The notes beneath the pieces were generated by a model that had not been told where the DNA came from, ran no database searches, and saw only the letters and a program-made list of their open reading frames with translations. From contig JAVHOV010000018.1 of the NCBI GenBank assembly GCA_036170245.1, positions 1 through 14,479 of the forward strand: a stretch of DNA of 14,479 bases. Reading direction: 5' to 3'. Below, in pieces: positions 1 through 6,652 of the stretch (the first letter of the stretch is position 1; the number at the start of each line of letters is the position of its first letter). Both the position numbers and the translations under genes were made by a program. The stretch is from an archaeon. Lineage in GTDB: Archaea; Iainarchaeota; Iainarchaeia; Iainarchaeales; JAAZKV01.

Positions 1-24
1 AAGTAGAGGGGCAACCCTCTATTT
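1..24. terminator. Stem-loop with GCAA (GNRA) tetraloop; possible terminator or 3' end of an upstream structured RNA
   Basis: TAGAGGG(4-10)-GCAA-CCCTCTA(15-21) is a perfect 7-bp stem, extendable to 10 bp with AAG/TTT (one G-U). It is GC-rich in a very AT-rich background and lies at the window edge, so context is missing. Confidence 0.35.
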
Positions 25-279
25 ATGCCTGTTTATAAATCATTTCTACAGAGCCATTATGCATTTTACTTGTTTATTTTGTCAATTTAATGTATTTTGA
101 ATTTTTTTATCAGAAATTAACTTTTTTAAGTTAATTTTTATTTCTTCTTTTGGTAAAATAAGTTTATTTCTTCCTTTGTTTTGTTTATCTTGTTCTGTGA
201 AAATGATTTTGGTTATTTCAAATTAGGTTTTAACTTTTTTCTTTTTTTCTTGTCATTTTTTGATTTTTTTCCCTCGTAA

Positions 280-297
280 AAAGAAGGTTTATTAAGG
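280..297 (+). promoter_or_regulatory. Putative archaeal BRE/TATA promoter for the small-ORF cluster
   Basis: Purine-rich AAAGAAGG followed by TTTATTAA (288-295), after a long T-rich non-coding stretch. The TTATTAA core matches the one upstream of the genes starting at 5862 and 6270. Confidence 0.35.
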
Positions 298-477
298 TAT
301 CATATGATTGATTGGAGATGCAAATTTTTTCTGCATTTGTTGTGCAGAAAAGTAAACTTGCCAATTCATTTGACTTTCCAATAGCGTCGCTTTTGCGATT
401 TTTTTGGTGAGAAAAGTGTTTTTGACAGGAAACAATTCCTTGACTTAAGAATAGATTTTGAAAAGAAAAGTGGTTTT

Positions 478-675
478 ATGAAAAAAAAATATTTGTTTGT
501 TTCGCAAAGCGCGAGTGTTGAAAAGAATAATTTCAATTATTTTGGAGAATATTTCTCTAGCCTTCTTTCATTTTTGGTGAAAAAGAATGATTTTGTTTTA
601 AGCCATAAGTTTGGCATTAATTTTGTGTTAGGGGCATTTGTCCTATTTTCAATAGTCCTGAGTTTTTTACTCTGA
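478..675 (+). CDS. Small hypothetical protein with one C-terminal hydrophobic (transmembrane-like) segment
   Basis: 65-aa ATG ORF ending FGINFVLGAFVLFSIVLSFLL. Its N-terminus MKKKYLFVS resembles MSKKKYLYES of the ORF at 851. Confidence 0.45.
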   Translation: MKKKYLFVSQSASVEKNNFNYFGEYFSSLLSFLVKKNDFVLSHKFGINFVLGAFVLFSIVLSFLL

Positions 676-727
676 AGTGTTTTAAACATTTCAAGTTTTC
701 TTGAGTGTATTTTTTGAGGTGTGATGT

Positions 728-829
728 ATGAGTGAATTTGATGATTTGATAGTTTGGCTTGAAAAGGAATCAAAAAAGCCTTTTGTTTCAAAAAAGGTTT
801 CGTTTTCAAAAGTAAAGTTATTGAATTAA
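728..829 (+). CDS. Putative 33-aa microprotein (MSEFDDLIVWLEKESKKPFVSKKVSFSKVKLLN), not in the ORF track
   Basis: Hand translation from ATG 728 to TAA 827-829. A strong Shine-Dalgarno GAGGTG (716-721) lies 6 nt upstream, and the ORF fills the gap between two co-oriented ORFs. Confidence 0.45.
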   Translation: MSEFDDLIVWLEKESKKPFVSKKVSFSKVKLLN

Positions 830-850
830 TTTTTTTAGGAGATAGAGAAA

Positions 851-1153
851 ATGAGTAAGAAAAAATATTTGTATGAGAGTGTTTCTAATGCCAATCCAGA
901 GTTTAGGGGATTTTCAATAAATTATTCTTTTCCAGACATAAAAATTTTTGCGTCTATAAAAGAGAATTTATATTTGTACAAGACTTTAGTGGCTGTTCTA
1001 TTAAGCGGGGCATCTTTAGCTGCAATATTTTTGTTTAATTGGATTTTTGTTTTTGTTTTGATTCCTTCAGCATTTCTTGCAATAGCAAATTTTGCAGATG
1101 ATTATAAAATGCTGAAAATTAAAGAAGATTTTGAAGAAAATGGAATTTTTTGA
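851..1153 (+). CDS. Hypothetical membrane protein (about two TM helices)
   Basis: 100-aa ORF with SD AGGAGA (837-842). Hydrophobic hairpin TLVAVLLSGASLAAIFLFNWIFVFVLIPSAFLAIA followed by a charged tail; converges on thyX. Confidence 0.75.
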   Translation: MSKKKYLYESVSNANPEFRGFSINYSFPDIKIFASIKENLYLYKTLVAVLLSGASLAAIFLFNWIFVFVLIPSAFLAIANFADDYKMLKIKEDFEENGIF

Positions 1154-1179
1154 TTTTTTCCACTTTTTTTCTTGTTTTT

Positions 1180-2679
1180 TTAGTATTGTTCTTTTTCAAA
1201 ATAATCTTTGATATTGTTTCCAATATTTGGCTGCACTTGTTTTGCCAGTTCAACCATTTGGTGTACATATTCTCTGTATGAGTAATGTGCATGTTTTGTA
1301 GTTCTGGTTTTTGCGACATGGTGTAGTTCTTTTGCATTGATATTGTAAAATACCTTGTAATTTGTGCCTAATGGAAGCACATATTGTGCAATTTCTTTGT
1401 TTATTCCTGCATTTACTAATTTTGTCCAGCATTCAAAAGCACATTTTAATGCACTAATGTAAAGTTCTTTTGTTTCGCTTGTTAAGTAATAAGGAATTGC
1501 AAATCCATACTCCGGGCTTACAATTGAATCAATCCAAGTAAGCATTCTGTTTCTGTGTACATCTCTTCCTGCTCCAAAATCAAGGATTGTTTCAAAGTAG
1601 TAATTTGCAAGTTCCGTAGCTCTGTGCGGTTTTTCTTCAATAACATTATATTCAAACATTTTTTTTAAAAGTTCTGTCTTCTCACTTTCACTTAATTCTT
1701 TTCCGTTCAATTGAACTTTTTGGTTTTCAAAAGTAGGGTAAAATCCTTCTTTAACCAAGTACTCATAACAAACCAAGTTTTCCGCGTTTTTAGTGTAATC
1801 AATTAATTTTACTGTGTTTTGTATATTTTCAAAAGTATTTCCTTCAACTAGTATTTTATCATTTGAATTATTTATTTTAGTTGTAATAATTTTGTTGTTA
1901 GTGTTCAAGTGATTTTTTCTTCCTTTGTCAGCATTACAAATAGTTTCATTTACAAGTGCAGGGTAAATTTTTTCAAGTTCTTTTTGCATCTCTTTTGCAC
2001 TTTCGTTTAGTTCAGCATTTTCAACACTTAATAAATCAGTGATAAGTGCTCTGTAAGTTTGTGAGTTTGCACTCATTGCAAAATTTGTGTGTGTGCTGCA
2101 TGGGAGTAAATATCTTGAGCAGTCAAATGCTTTTTTCTTAATGTTGCTCTCTTTTTCTACAATTCCTTTTTCCTTATACACTCGCGTAATTTCTGCTTCA
2201 ATTTTTGGTAAAATTATTTGGTAAGTTCTAAATAATTCTTCAATTGCATTAACATATTCTTTTTTTTGTGCTTCATTTAATTCTTTTGGAATGTAATAAG
2301 ATGGTTTAGAAAAATCTTGGTATCTTGTGCTTCTTTCAAGGTATGCAGCAAGTCTTTTGTTTTCAAAGTATTTGTTTGTAGCAATAATGCTGACGTTTTC
2401 AAATCCAACGCTGATTTGGGAGTGCTGTTCTATTGAGTGGTGGTTTATTCCTATGGTAATTCTTTTGTGAAAATCCAGTATTTTTTGTTTGTCAAGTCCA
2501 TTTTCATTAAAGAGTTCTTTAATTATTTCATTAAAAGGCTTTGAGGATTGAGATAATCTTGCAACAATTAACCCGTGTGCTTCTCCAAGGTTTTCAGTGC
2601 TCAAATTTAGATTCAAATTCTGTTCTTTTGCAACTTTTGCAACCAAATCATCAATAATCCGAATCGTTCTTTGTGCCAT
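1180..2679 (-). CDS. thyX: FAD-dependent thymidylate synthase, tandem two-ThyX-domain type
   Basis: N-domain has ARLSQS, HHSIEQH, ERSTRYQDF and SRYLLP. C-domain has DFGAGRDVHRNR, AQYVLPLG, NAKELHH and RTTKHAHYSYR. Start set at ATG 2679 (MAQRT, 499 aa) because of SD-like AGGGGTTGA upstream; the track's TTG 2727 is less likely. Confidence 0.85.
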   Translation of the reverse strand: MAQRTIRIIDDLVAKVAKEQNLNLNLSTENLGEAHGLIVARLSQSSKPFNEIIKELFNENGLDKQKILDFHKRITIGINHHSIEQHSQISVGFENVSIIATNKYFENKRLAAYLERSTRYQDFSKPSYYIPKELNEAQKKEYVNAIEELFRTYQIILPKIEAEITRVYKEKGIVEKESNIKKKAFDCSRYLLPCSTHTNFAMSANSQTYRALITDLLSVENAELNESAKEMQKELEKIYPALVNETICNADKGRKNHLNTNNKIITTKINNSNDKILVEGNTFENIQNTVKLIDYTKNAENLVCYEYLVKEGFYPTFENQKVQLNGKELSESEKTELLKKMFEYNVIEEKPHRATELANYYFETILDFGAGRDVHRNRMLTWIDSIVSPEYGFAIPYYLTSETKELYISALKCAFECWTKLVNAGINKEIAQYVLPLGTNYKVFYNINAKELHHVAKTRTTKHAHYSYREYVHQMVELAKQVQPNIGNNIKDYFEKEQY

Positions 2680-2739
2680 TTTTTGTTCAACCCCTTTGTC
2701 CTTGTTGAAAAAATTAGCTCCCTTCAATTTATTAATTAA

Positions 2740-2783
2740 TATTAAAGAACAAAAAAGTTTTTTTATATTTTTGTTCTTTAATA
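2740..2783. repeat. Perfect 16-bp inverted repeat with 12-nt spacer in the divergent thyX/glyA intergenic region
   Basis: TATTAAAGAACAAAAA (2740-2755) / TTTTTGTTCTTTAATA (2768-2783). The spacer AGTTTTTTTATA is TATA-like. Confidence 0.8.
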
Positions 2784-2919
2784 GCTAATCAAAAACACCT
2801 ATCCTCTTCTAAATTAATGTCTTTTGATATAATCCTGTGATTTCTTTCTTTTTAAATTAGTTTTGTCCTACTTACGTTTTTATTTGCTTTGTTTCTTTCT
2901 TGTGCAGAAGGTGCTCGCT

Positions 2920-4158
2920 ATGTTTGATAATATTAAGAAAGTTGATCCAGAGATTTACAATTATATAATTGCGGAAAAAGAACGTCAGATGGAAGGAATT
3001 GAATTAATTCCAAGTGAGAATTTGGTTTCTCCTGCAATTTTAGAAGCACTTGGGTCTTATTTAACAAACAAATATTCTGAAGGGTACCCTGGGCATAGGT
3101 ATTATGGTGGAAATGAAGTTATTGATAAAGTTGAGCAATTAGCAATTGATAGACTTAAGCAATTATTTGGTGCAGAACATGCAAATGTTCAGCCCAACAG
3201 TGGTTCTCCAGCAAACATGGCAATGTATTCAGCACTATTAAACATTGGAGATAAAGCAATGGGGTTGAAATTAACTGAAGGTGGGCATTTAACTCACGGG
3301 CACAAAGTTAATTTTTCAGGAAAATTATATAATTTTGTTCAGTATGGGGTTTCTAAGGAAACAGAGATGCTTGATTATGATGAAATAAGGAAAAAAGTTT
3401 TGGAGGAAAAACCAAAACTTTTACTTTCAGGTTACACTGCATACCCTCGTTCAATTAATTTTAAAGAATTTAGGAGTATTGCAGATGAAGCGGGATGTTA
3501 TTGTTGTGCAGATATAGCGCACATTGCAGGGCTTTGTGCCGGCGGGGCTCACGAGAATCCTGTCCCTTATTTTGATGTAGTAACAACAACAACTCATAAA
3601 ACATTAAGAGGGCCAAGAAGTGCAGTAATAATGTCAAAAAAAGAATTTGCAGAAAAGATTGACAAAGCAGTTTTCCCTGGGCTTCAGGGCGGACCGCACG
3701 AGCATGTAATTGCAGCAAAAGCTATTGCTTTTGGAGAAGCGCTAAAACCGGACTTCAAGGATTATGCAAATCAAATAGTAAAAAATGCGCGAGTTTTAGG
3801 TGAATCTTTACAATCCTATGGTTATAGATTAGTAACTAATGGAACTGATAATCACTTATTGTTAGTTGATGTAAGAAAAAGTGGTATAAGTGGAATTGAT
3901 GCAGAGAAAGCTTTAGAAAAAGCAGGGATGTATTGTAACAAAAACACAATTCCTTTTGAAACTGGTTCTCCTTGGGACCCTAGCGGAATTAGAATTGGAA
4001 CTCCTGTTTTAACAACAAGAGGGATGAAAGAAAGTGACATGAAGGAAGTTGCGTCCTTTATGCATCAAGCTTTGCAGAACAAAAATGATGATGCAAAATT
4101 AGCTGAAATTAAAGGGAAAGTAAAATTGTTTTGCAGCAATTTTATTTTTTATAAATAA
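2920..4158 (+). CDS. glyA: Serine hydroxymethyltransferase (bacterial-type)
   Basis: Motifs LIPSEN, NKYSEGYPGHRYYGG, GGHLTHG, DIAHIAGL, PLP-lysine TTTTHKTLRGPR, FPGLQGGP and SGIRIGTP. Start ATG 2920 (MFDNIKK) with SD AAGGTG upstream. Confidence 0.97.
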   Translation: MFDNIKKVDPEIYNYIIAEKERQMEGIELIPSENLVSPAILEALGSYLTNKYSEGYPGHRYYGGNEVIDKVEQLAIDRLKQLFGAEHANVQPNSGSPANMAMYSALLNIGDKAMGLKLTEGGHLTHGHKVNFSGKLYNFVQYGVSKETEMLDYDEIRKKVLEEKPKLLLSGYTAYPRSINFKEFRSIADEAGCYCCADIAHIAGLCAGGAHENPVPYFDVVTTTTHKTLRGPRSAVIMSKKEFAEKIDKAVFPGLQGGPHEHVIAAKAIAFGEALKPDFKDYANQIVKNARVLGESLQSYGYRLVTNGTDNHLLLVDVRKSGISGIDAEKALEKAGMYCNKNTIPFETGSPWDPSGIRIGTPVLTTRGMKESDMKEVASFMHQALQNKNDDAKLAEIKGKVKLFCSNFIFYK

Positions 4159-4173
4159 TTTTTAAGGTGTAAT

Positions 4174-4842
4174 ATGGTTCTTCGTTCTCTTCCAAAAAAA
4201 TTAGTTAAACGCGTAAGAACTCTTGCTAAAAGAAAGGCCCCTTCAGAACTTACTCGCTTGGTTTTACGTCTTAAAAATGCTGATCATAGAAATTTGGATT
4301 TGACTGAACTAAGCAAAGTATCTAATCAGTCTGAGCTTGATATTCCTGGCGGGAGAGTAAGGCAAGCAAATGTGGGGAGAAATTTTCCAAAAATTAATGA
4401 AATAATTATAAAAAGAGCGCATGGTCGTTTTGTTGGTTCTGGTAATGCTAAGGAAATTGTTAATTATTTAAAGAAAGCAGTTTTGGAACACAATAGAATT
4501 CATGGCGATAAGGATTATTATTTGTTAAAACCAATTGCTTATCATGTAGGGAAAGATTTTGTTTTGATGGCTAAGGCAAATAAATTTTCTGCTGAGCAGA
4601 TTTTACTTGCAACAACAAGTGAAAAACTTGATAGTTATACTCACGTTAATGTTGCTTCCCCTCAAAAATATATTTTGGAACTTGCAGTAGAGTTAAGGAT
4701 GCCTGTAAGGGAGTTAAGAAACCAGCTAAGAACTTCTCTATTACTGCTTGATGAAAGAATGCAGTTAGGGAAAGGGAATTATTTAGTTGCTGGTTATAAA
4801 AATAAAAAATTTATTTTTGTTCCTTTGATTGATTTATTTTAG
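4174..4842 (+). CDS. Basic hypothetical protein, paralog of 4878..5543; possible divergent protein-kinase-like (pseudokinase) fold
   Basis: 222-aa ORF with SD AAGGTG, 15 nt after glyA. Shares MVLRxLPK, RLKNADHR, GGRVR, FPKI, YYLLKPIAY, FVLM and GYKNKKFIFVPLIDLF with its neighbour. The fold call is inference from motif order. Confidence 0.8.
   Translation: MVLRSLPKKLVKRVRTLAKRKAPSELTRLVLRLKNADHRNLDLTELSKVSNQSELDIPGGRVRQANVGRNFPKINEIIIKRAHGRFVGSGNAKEIVNYLKKAVLEHNRIHGDKDYYLLKPIAYHVGKDFVLMAKANKFSAEQILLATTSEKLDSYTHVNVASPQKYILELAVELRMPVRELRNQLRTSLLLLDERMQLGKGNYLVAGYKNKKFIFVPLIDLF
4791..4835 (+). repeat. 45-bp exact direct repeat, copy 1 (3' end of 4174..4842)
   Basis: TGGTTATAAAAATAAAAAATTTATTTTTGTTCCTTTGATTGATTT, identical to 5492..5536. 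Confidence 0.9.
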
Positions 4843-4877
4843 TTTTTGTTAAAGATTATTTTTTTGAAGGTAAAACA

Positions 4878-5543
4878 ATGGTTCTTCGTCCGCTTCCAAA
4901 GCAGTTAGTCAAACAAATTAGGGCATTTGCAAAGAAAAAACCAAATTCACTAGCTTTTTTTGCTTCCCGGTTAAAGAATGCTGATCACAGGGAATTTTTA
5001 TCTTTTTTGCATAATCCAAAAACACCTCTAAAAACTCTTCAAGTAGTTGGGGGGAGAGTTCGTAGTTTAAATGTAAAAAGAAAATTTCCTAAAATTGGAG
5101 AAGCTATTTTGAAAAGAGTTCATGGGACTTTTGAAAAGCCAGTTACAGCACTTGAGGTAATCAGTTCTATTAGAAAAAAGGTTTCTCTGCATAATGCAAA
5201 ATATGGTAGTAAAAATTATTATTTATTAAAACCAATTGCTTACCCTGTTGGAAAAGAGTTTGTCTTGATGTTTAAGGTAAACAAGTTTTCTGTTGAAGAA
5301 TTTAAAACAAAATCAACCCTTGAGCAATTGGTTAAAGGGTCAATTCCAAAAGAGAATACTCCTGCTAGATTTTTGTATGATCTTTCTTTGAAAACAAAAA
5401 AACCAATTTCTAAATTACAAGAAGAGTTGGATTCTGCGTTTGAATTGTTAAATGAAAGAGTTGGTTTGGGTGTGGAAAACTTTTTGGTTGTTGGTTATAA
5501 AAATAAAAAATTTATTTTTGTTCCTTTGATTGATTTGTTTTAA
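4878..5543 (+). CDS. Basic hypothetical protein, tandem paralog of 4174..4842; possible divergent protein-kinase-like (pseudokinase) fold
   Basis: 221-aa ORF with SD-like GAAGGT. Collinear similarity with the upstream ORF and identical last 16 residues. Confidence 0.8.
   Translation: MVLRPLPKQLVKQIRAFAKKKPNSLAFFASRLKNADHREFLSFLHNPKTPLKTLQVVGGRVRSLNVKRKFPKIGEAILKRVHGTFEKPVTALEVISSIRKKVSLHNAKYGSKNYYLLKPIAYPVGKEFVLMFKVNKFSVEEFKTKSTLEQLVKGSIPKENTPARFLYDLSLKTKKPISKLQEELDSAFELLNERVGLGVENFLVVGYKNKKFIFVPLIDLF
5492..5536 (+). repeat. 45-bp exact direct repeat, copy 2 (3' end of 4878..5543)
   Basis: Identical to 4791..4835. Confidence 0.9.
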
Positions 5544-5556
5544 TTATTTTTTTTAG

Positions 5557-5862
5557 TTAATTTCTTTTAGATATGATTTGCTGTGCTTCATATTCTTTTT
5601 TTTCTCTTTTCATCCATCTTGCTCTTCTTAACTCATCAGCTGTCTTTTTTCTTTGTTCTGCTGGTATTATTCCATGTTTCTTTTGAGAGTTTCGAAATGC
5701 TTTAGCAACTCTTCTTGCGCGTTCTCTCATCATAATTTTTAATTCAGGAACAAATTTTATTTTTGTTGCGCCTGTTCTGTTTCCTCTGATTTCAAAATCC
5801 AATCTTCCTCTACTATATGCTCTTTGAGGATTTGTTAGTTTTGGATTATTTTTAATTGGCAT
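5557..5862 (-). CDS. Small Arg/Lys-rich hypothetical protein, paralog of 5932..6270
   Basis: 101-aa ORF sharing AKAFRNSQKK(H/Y)GxxxAExR with its neighbour; TATA-like element 21-30 nt upstream of the ATG. Confidence 0.75.
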   Translation of the reverse strand: MPIKNNPKLTNPQRAYSRGRLDFEIRGNRTGATKIKFVPELKIMMRERARRVAKAFRNSQKKHGIIPAEQRKKTADELRRARWMKREKKEYEAQQIISKRN

Positions 5863-5882
5863 AATAAGTTAATTAGTTTTTA

Positions 5883-5900
5883 TTGTTAATAATTGTTTTG
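5883..5900 (-). promoter_or_regulatory. Putative BRE/TATA promoter, probably leaderless transcript
   Basis: Minus strand reads CAAAACAA-TTATTAACAA, ending 20 nt before ATG 5862; same layout as 6291..6308. Confidence 0.5.
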
Positions 5901-5931
5901 TTTTGGTCTTTTTAAAAACAGATTAATTTTG

Positions 5932-6270
5932 TTATTTTTTTGTTTGCACCATAGTTTGTGTTCTTTGGCTGTCCGCTTTTATAGCTTGTATTTGGTGTCT
6001 TCTTTCTCTTATAGCTTGTGATAAGTCTCTCCTTTTTTCTGCTTCTTCTGCGCCATATTTTTTTTGAGAGTTTCGAAATGCTTTTGCTGTGGCTTTTGCT
6101 TTTTGTTGCATTTGCTCTTTTAGCCCTTTAGGCAACCTTGTTATTTGTGCAATTTTTCTGTTTTTTCTTATTTCTTCCGCCAACTCTTTTCTTACATTTA
6201 TTCTTCGAGCAAATAATTTTTTTGTATTTATTACTTGCAATTTAGAAGTTCTTTTGATTGGTGTTTGCAT
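5932..6270 (-). CDS. Small Arg/Lys-rich hypothetical protein, paralog of 5557..5862
   Basis: 112-aa ORF with MQQKAKATAKAFRNSQKKYGAEEAEKRR. A 23-bp stretch (6062..6084) is identical to 5681..5703. Confidence 0.75.
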   Translation of the reverse strand: MQTPIKRTSKLQVINTKKLFARRINVRKELAEEIRKNRKIAQITRLPKGLKEQMQQKAKATAKAFRNSQKKYGAEEAEKRRDLSQAIRERRHQIQAIKADSQRTQTMVQTKK

Positions 6271-6290
6271 ATTAAACTATTCATGATTTG

Positions 6291-6308
6291 TTATTAATAA
6301 TCTTTTTG
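6291..6308 (-). promoter_or_regulatory. Putative BRE/TATA promoter, probably leaderless transcript
   Basis: Minus strand reads CAAAAAGA-TTATTAATAA, ending 20 nt before ATG 6270; no SD in between. Confidence 0.5.
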
Positions 6309-6494
6309 TTTTGATTTTTTTTTAATAATTATTTTATTTATTTTTTTAAAATATTTTTTTGATTTATTTTTAGTTTTTGAAAATAAAAAATATTTTTATA
6401 CGTTTTTCGTAACCTATTTCCAAACTTTTAATCTTAATTTTGTTCATTTTTCTTACTAGTTTTCTCTTTTCTTGGACATTTTATTGGGTTGCCT

Positions 6495-6518
6495 AACCAT
6501 TTATAGTTTTAAATGGTT
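6495..6518. promoter_or_regulatory. 9-bp inverted repeat upstream of nrdD; candidate operator
   Basis: AACCATTTA-tagttt-TAAATGGTT, about 35 nt upstream of the TATA-like TTTTTATA (6553-6560). Confidence 0.4.
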
Positions 6519-6652
6519 TTCTTTTCAAATGTATTGTTTTTGAGTAGTAAGCTTTTTATAGGGCAAAATTCTTTGGATACTCTAGTGTGAAAGTTGAAAA
6601 ATTTTCAGATAAAATAAAAATAAGAATTAAGCAATAAGTTGGGGTGTTGCCT

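Noticed and set aside
537..809. 90-aa minus-strand ORF
   Set aside because: It is antisense to two plus-strand small ORFs, one with a strong SD; it starts with TTG and has no recognisable motif. Not strictly excluded.
1119..4040. Short ORFs 1119..1337, 1250..1432, 2597..2788, 3470..3718 and 3852..4040
   Set aside because: They overlap thyX or glyA in alternative frames or antisense and have no motifs; shadow ORFs.
4174..5543. Diversity-generating retroelement (TR/VR pair) suggested by the shared 3' ends
   Set aside because: No reverse transcriptase in the window, both copies are intact ORFs, and differences between them involve all bases and indels rather than adenine-specific substitutions.
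6300..6480. Extremely AT-rich tract as replication origin or repeat array
   Set aside because: No ORB-like G-string boxes, no adjacent cdc6/orc1 and no regular periodic repeats; consistent with an ordinary divergent intergenic region.
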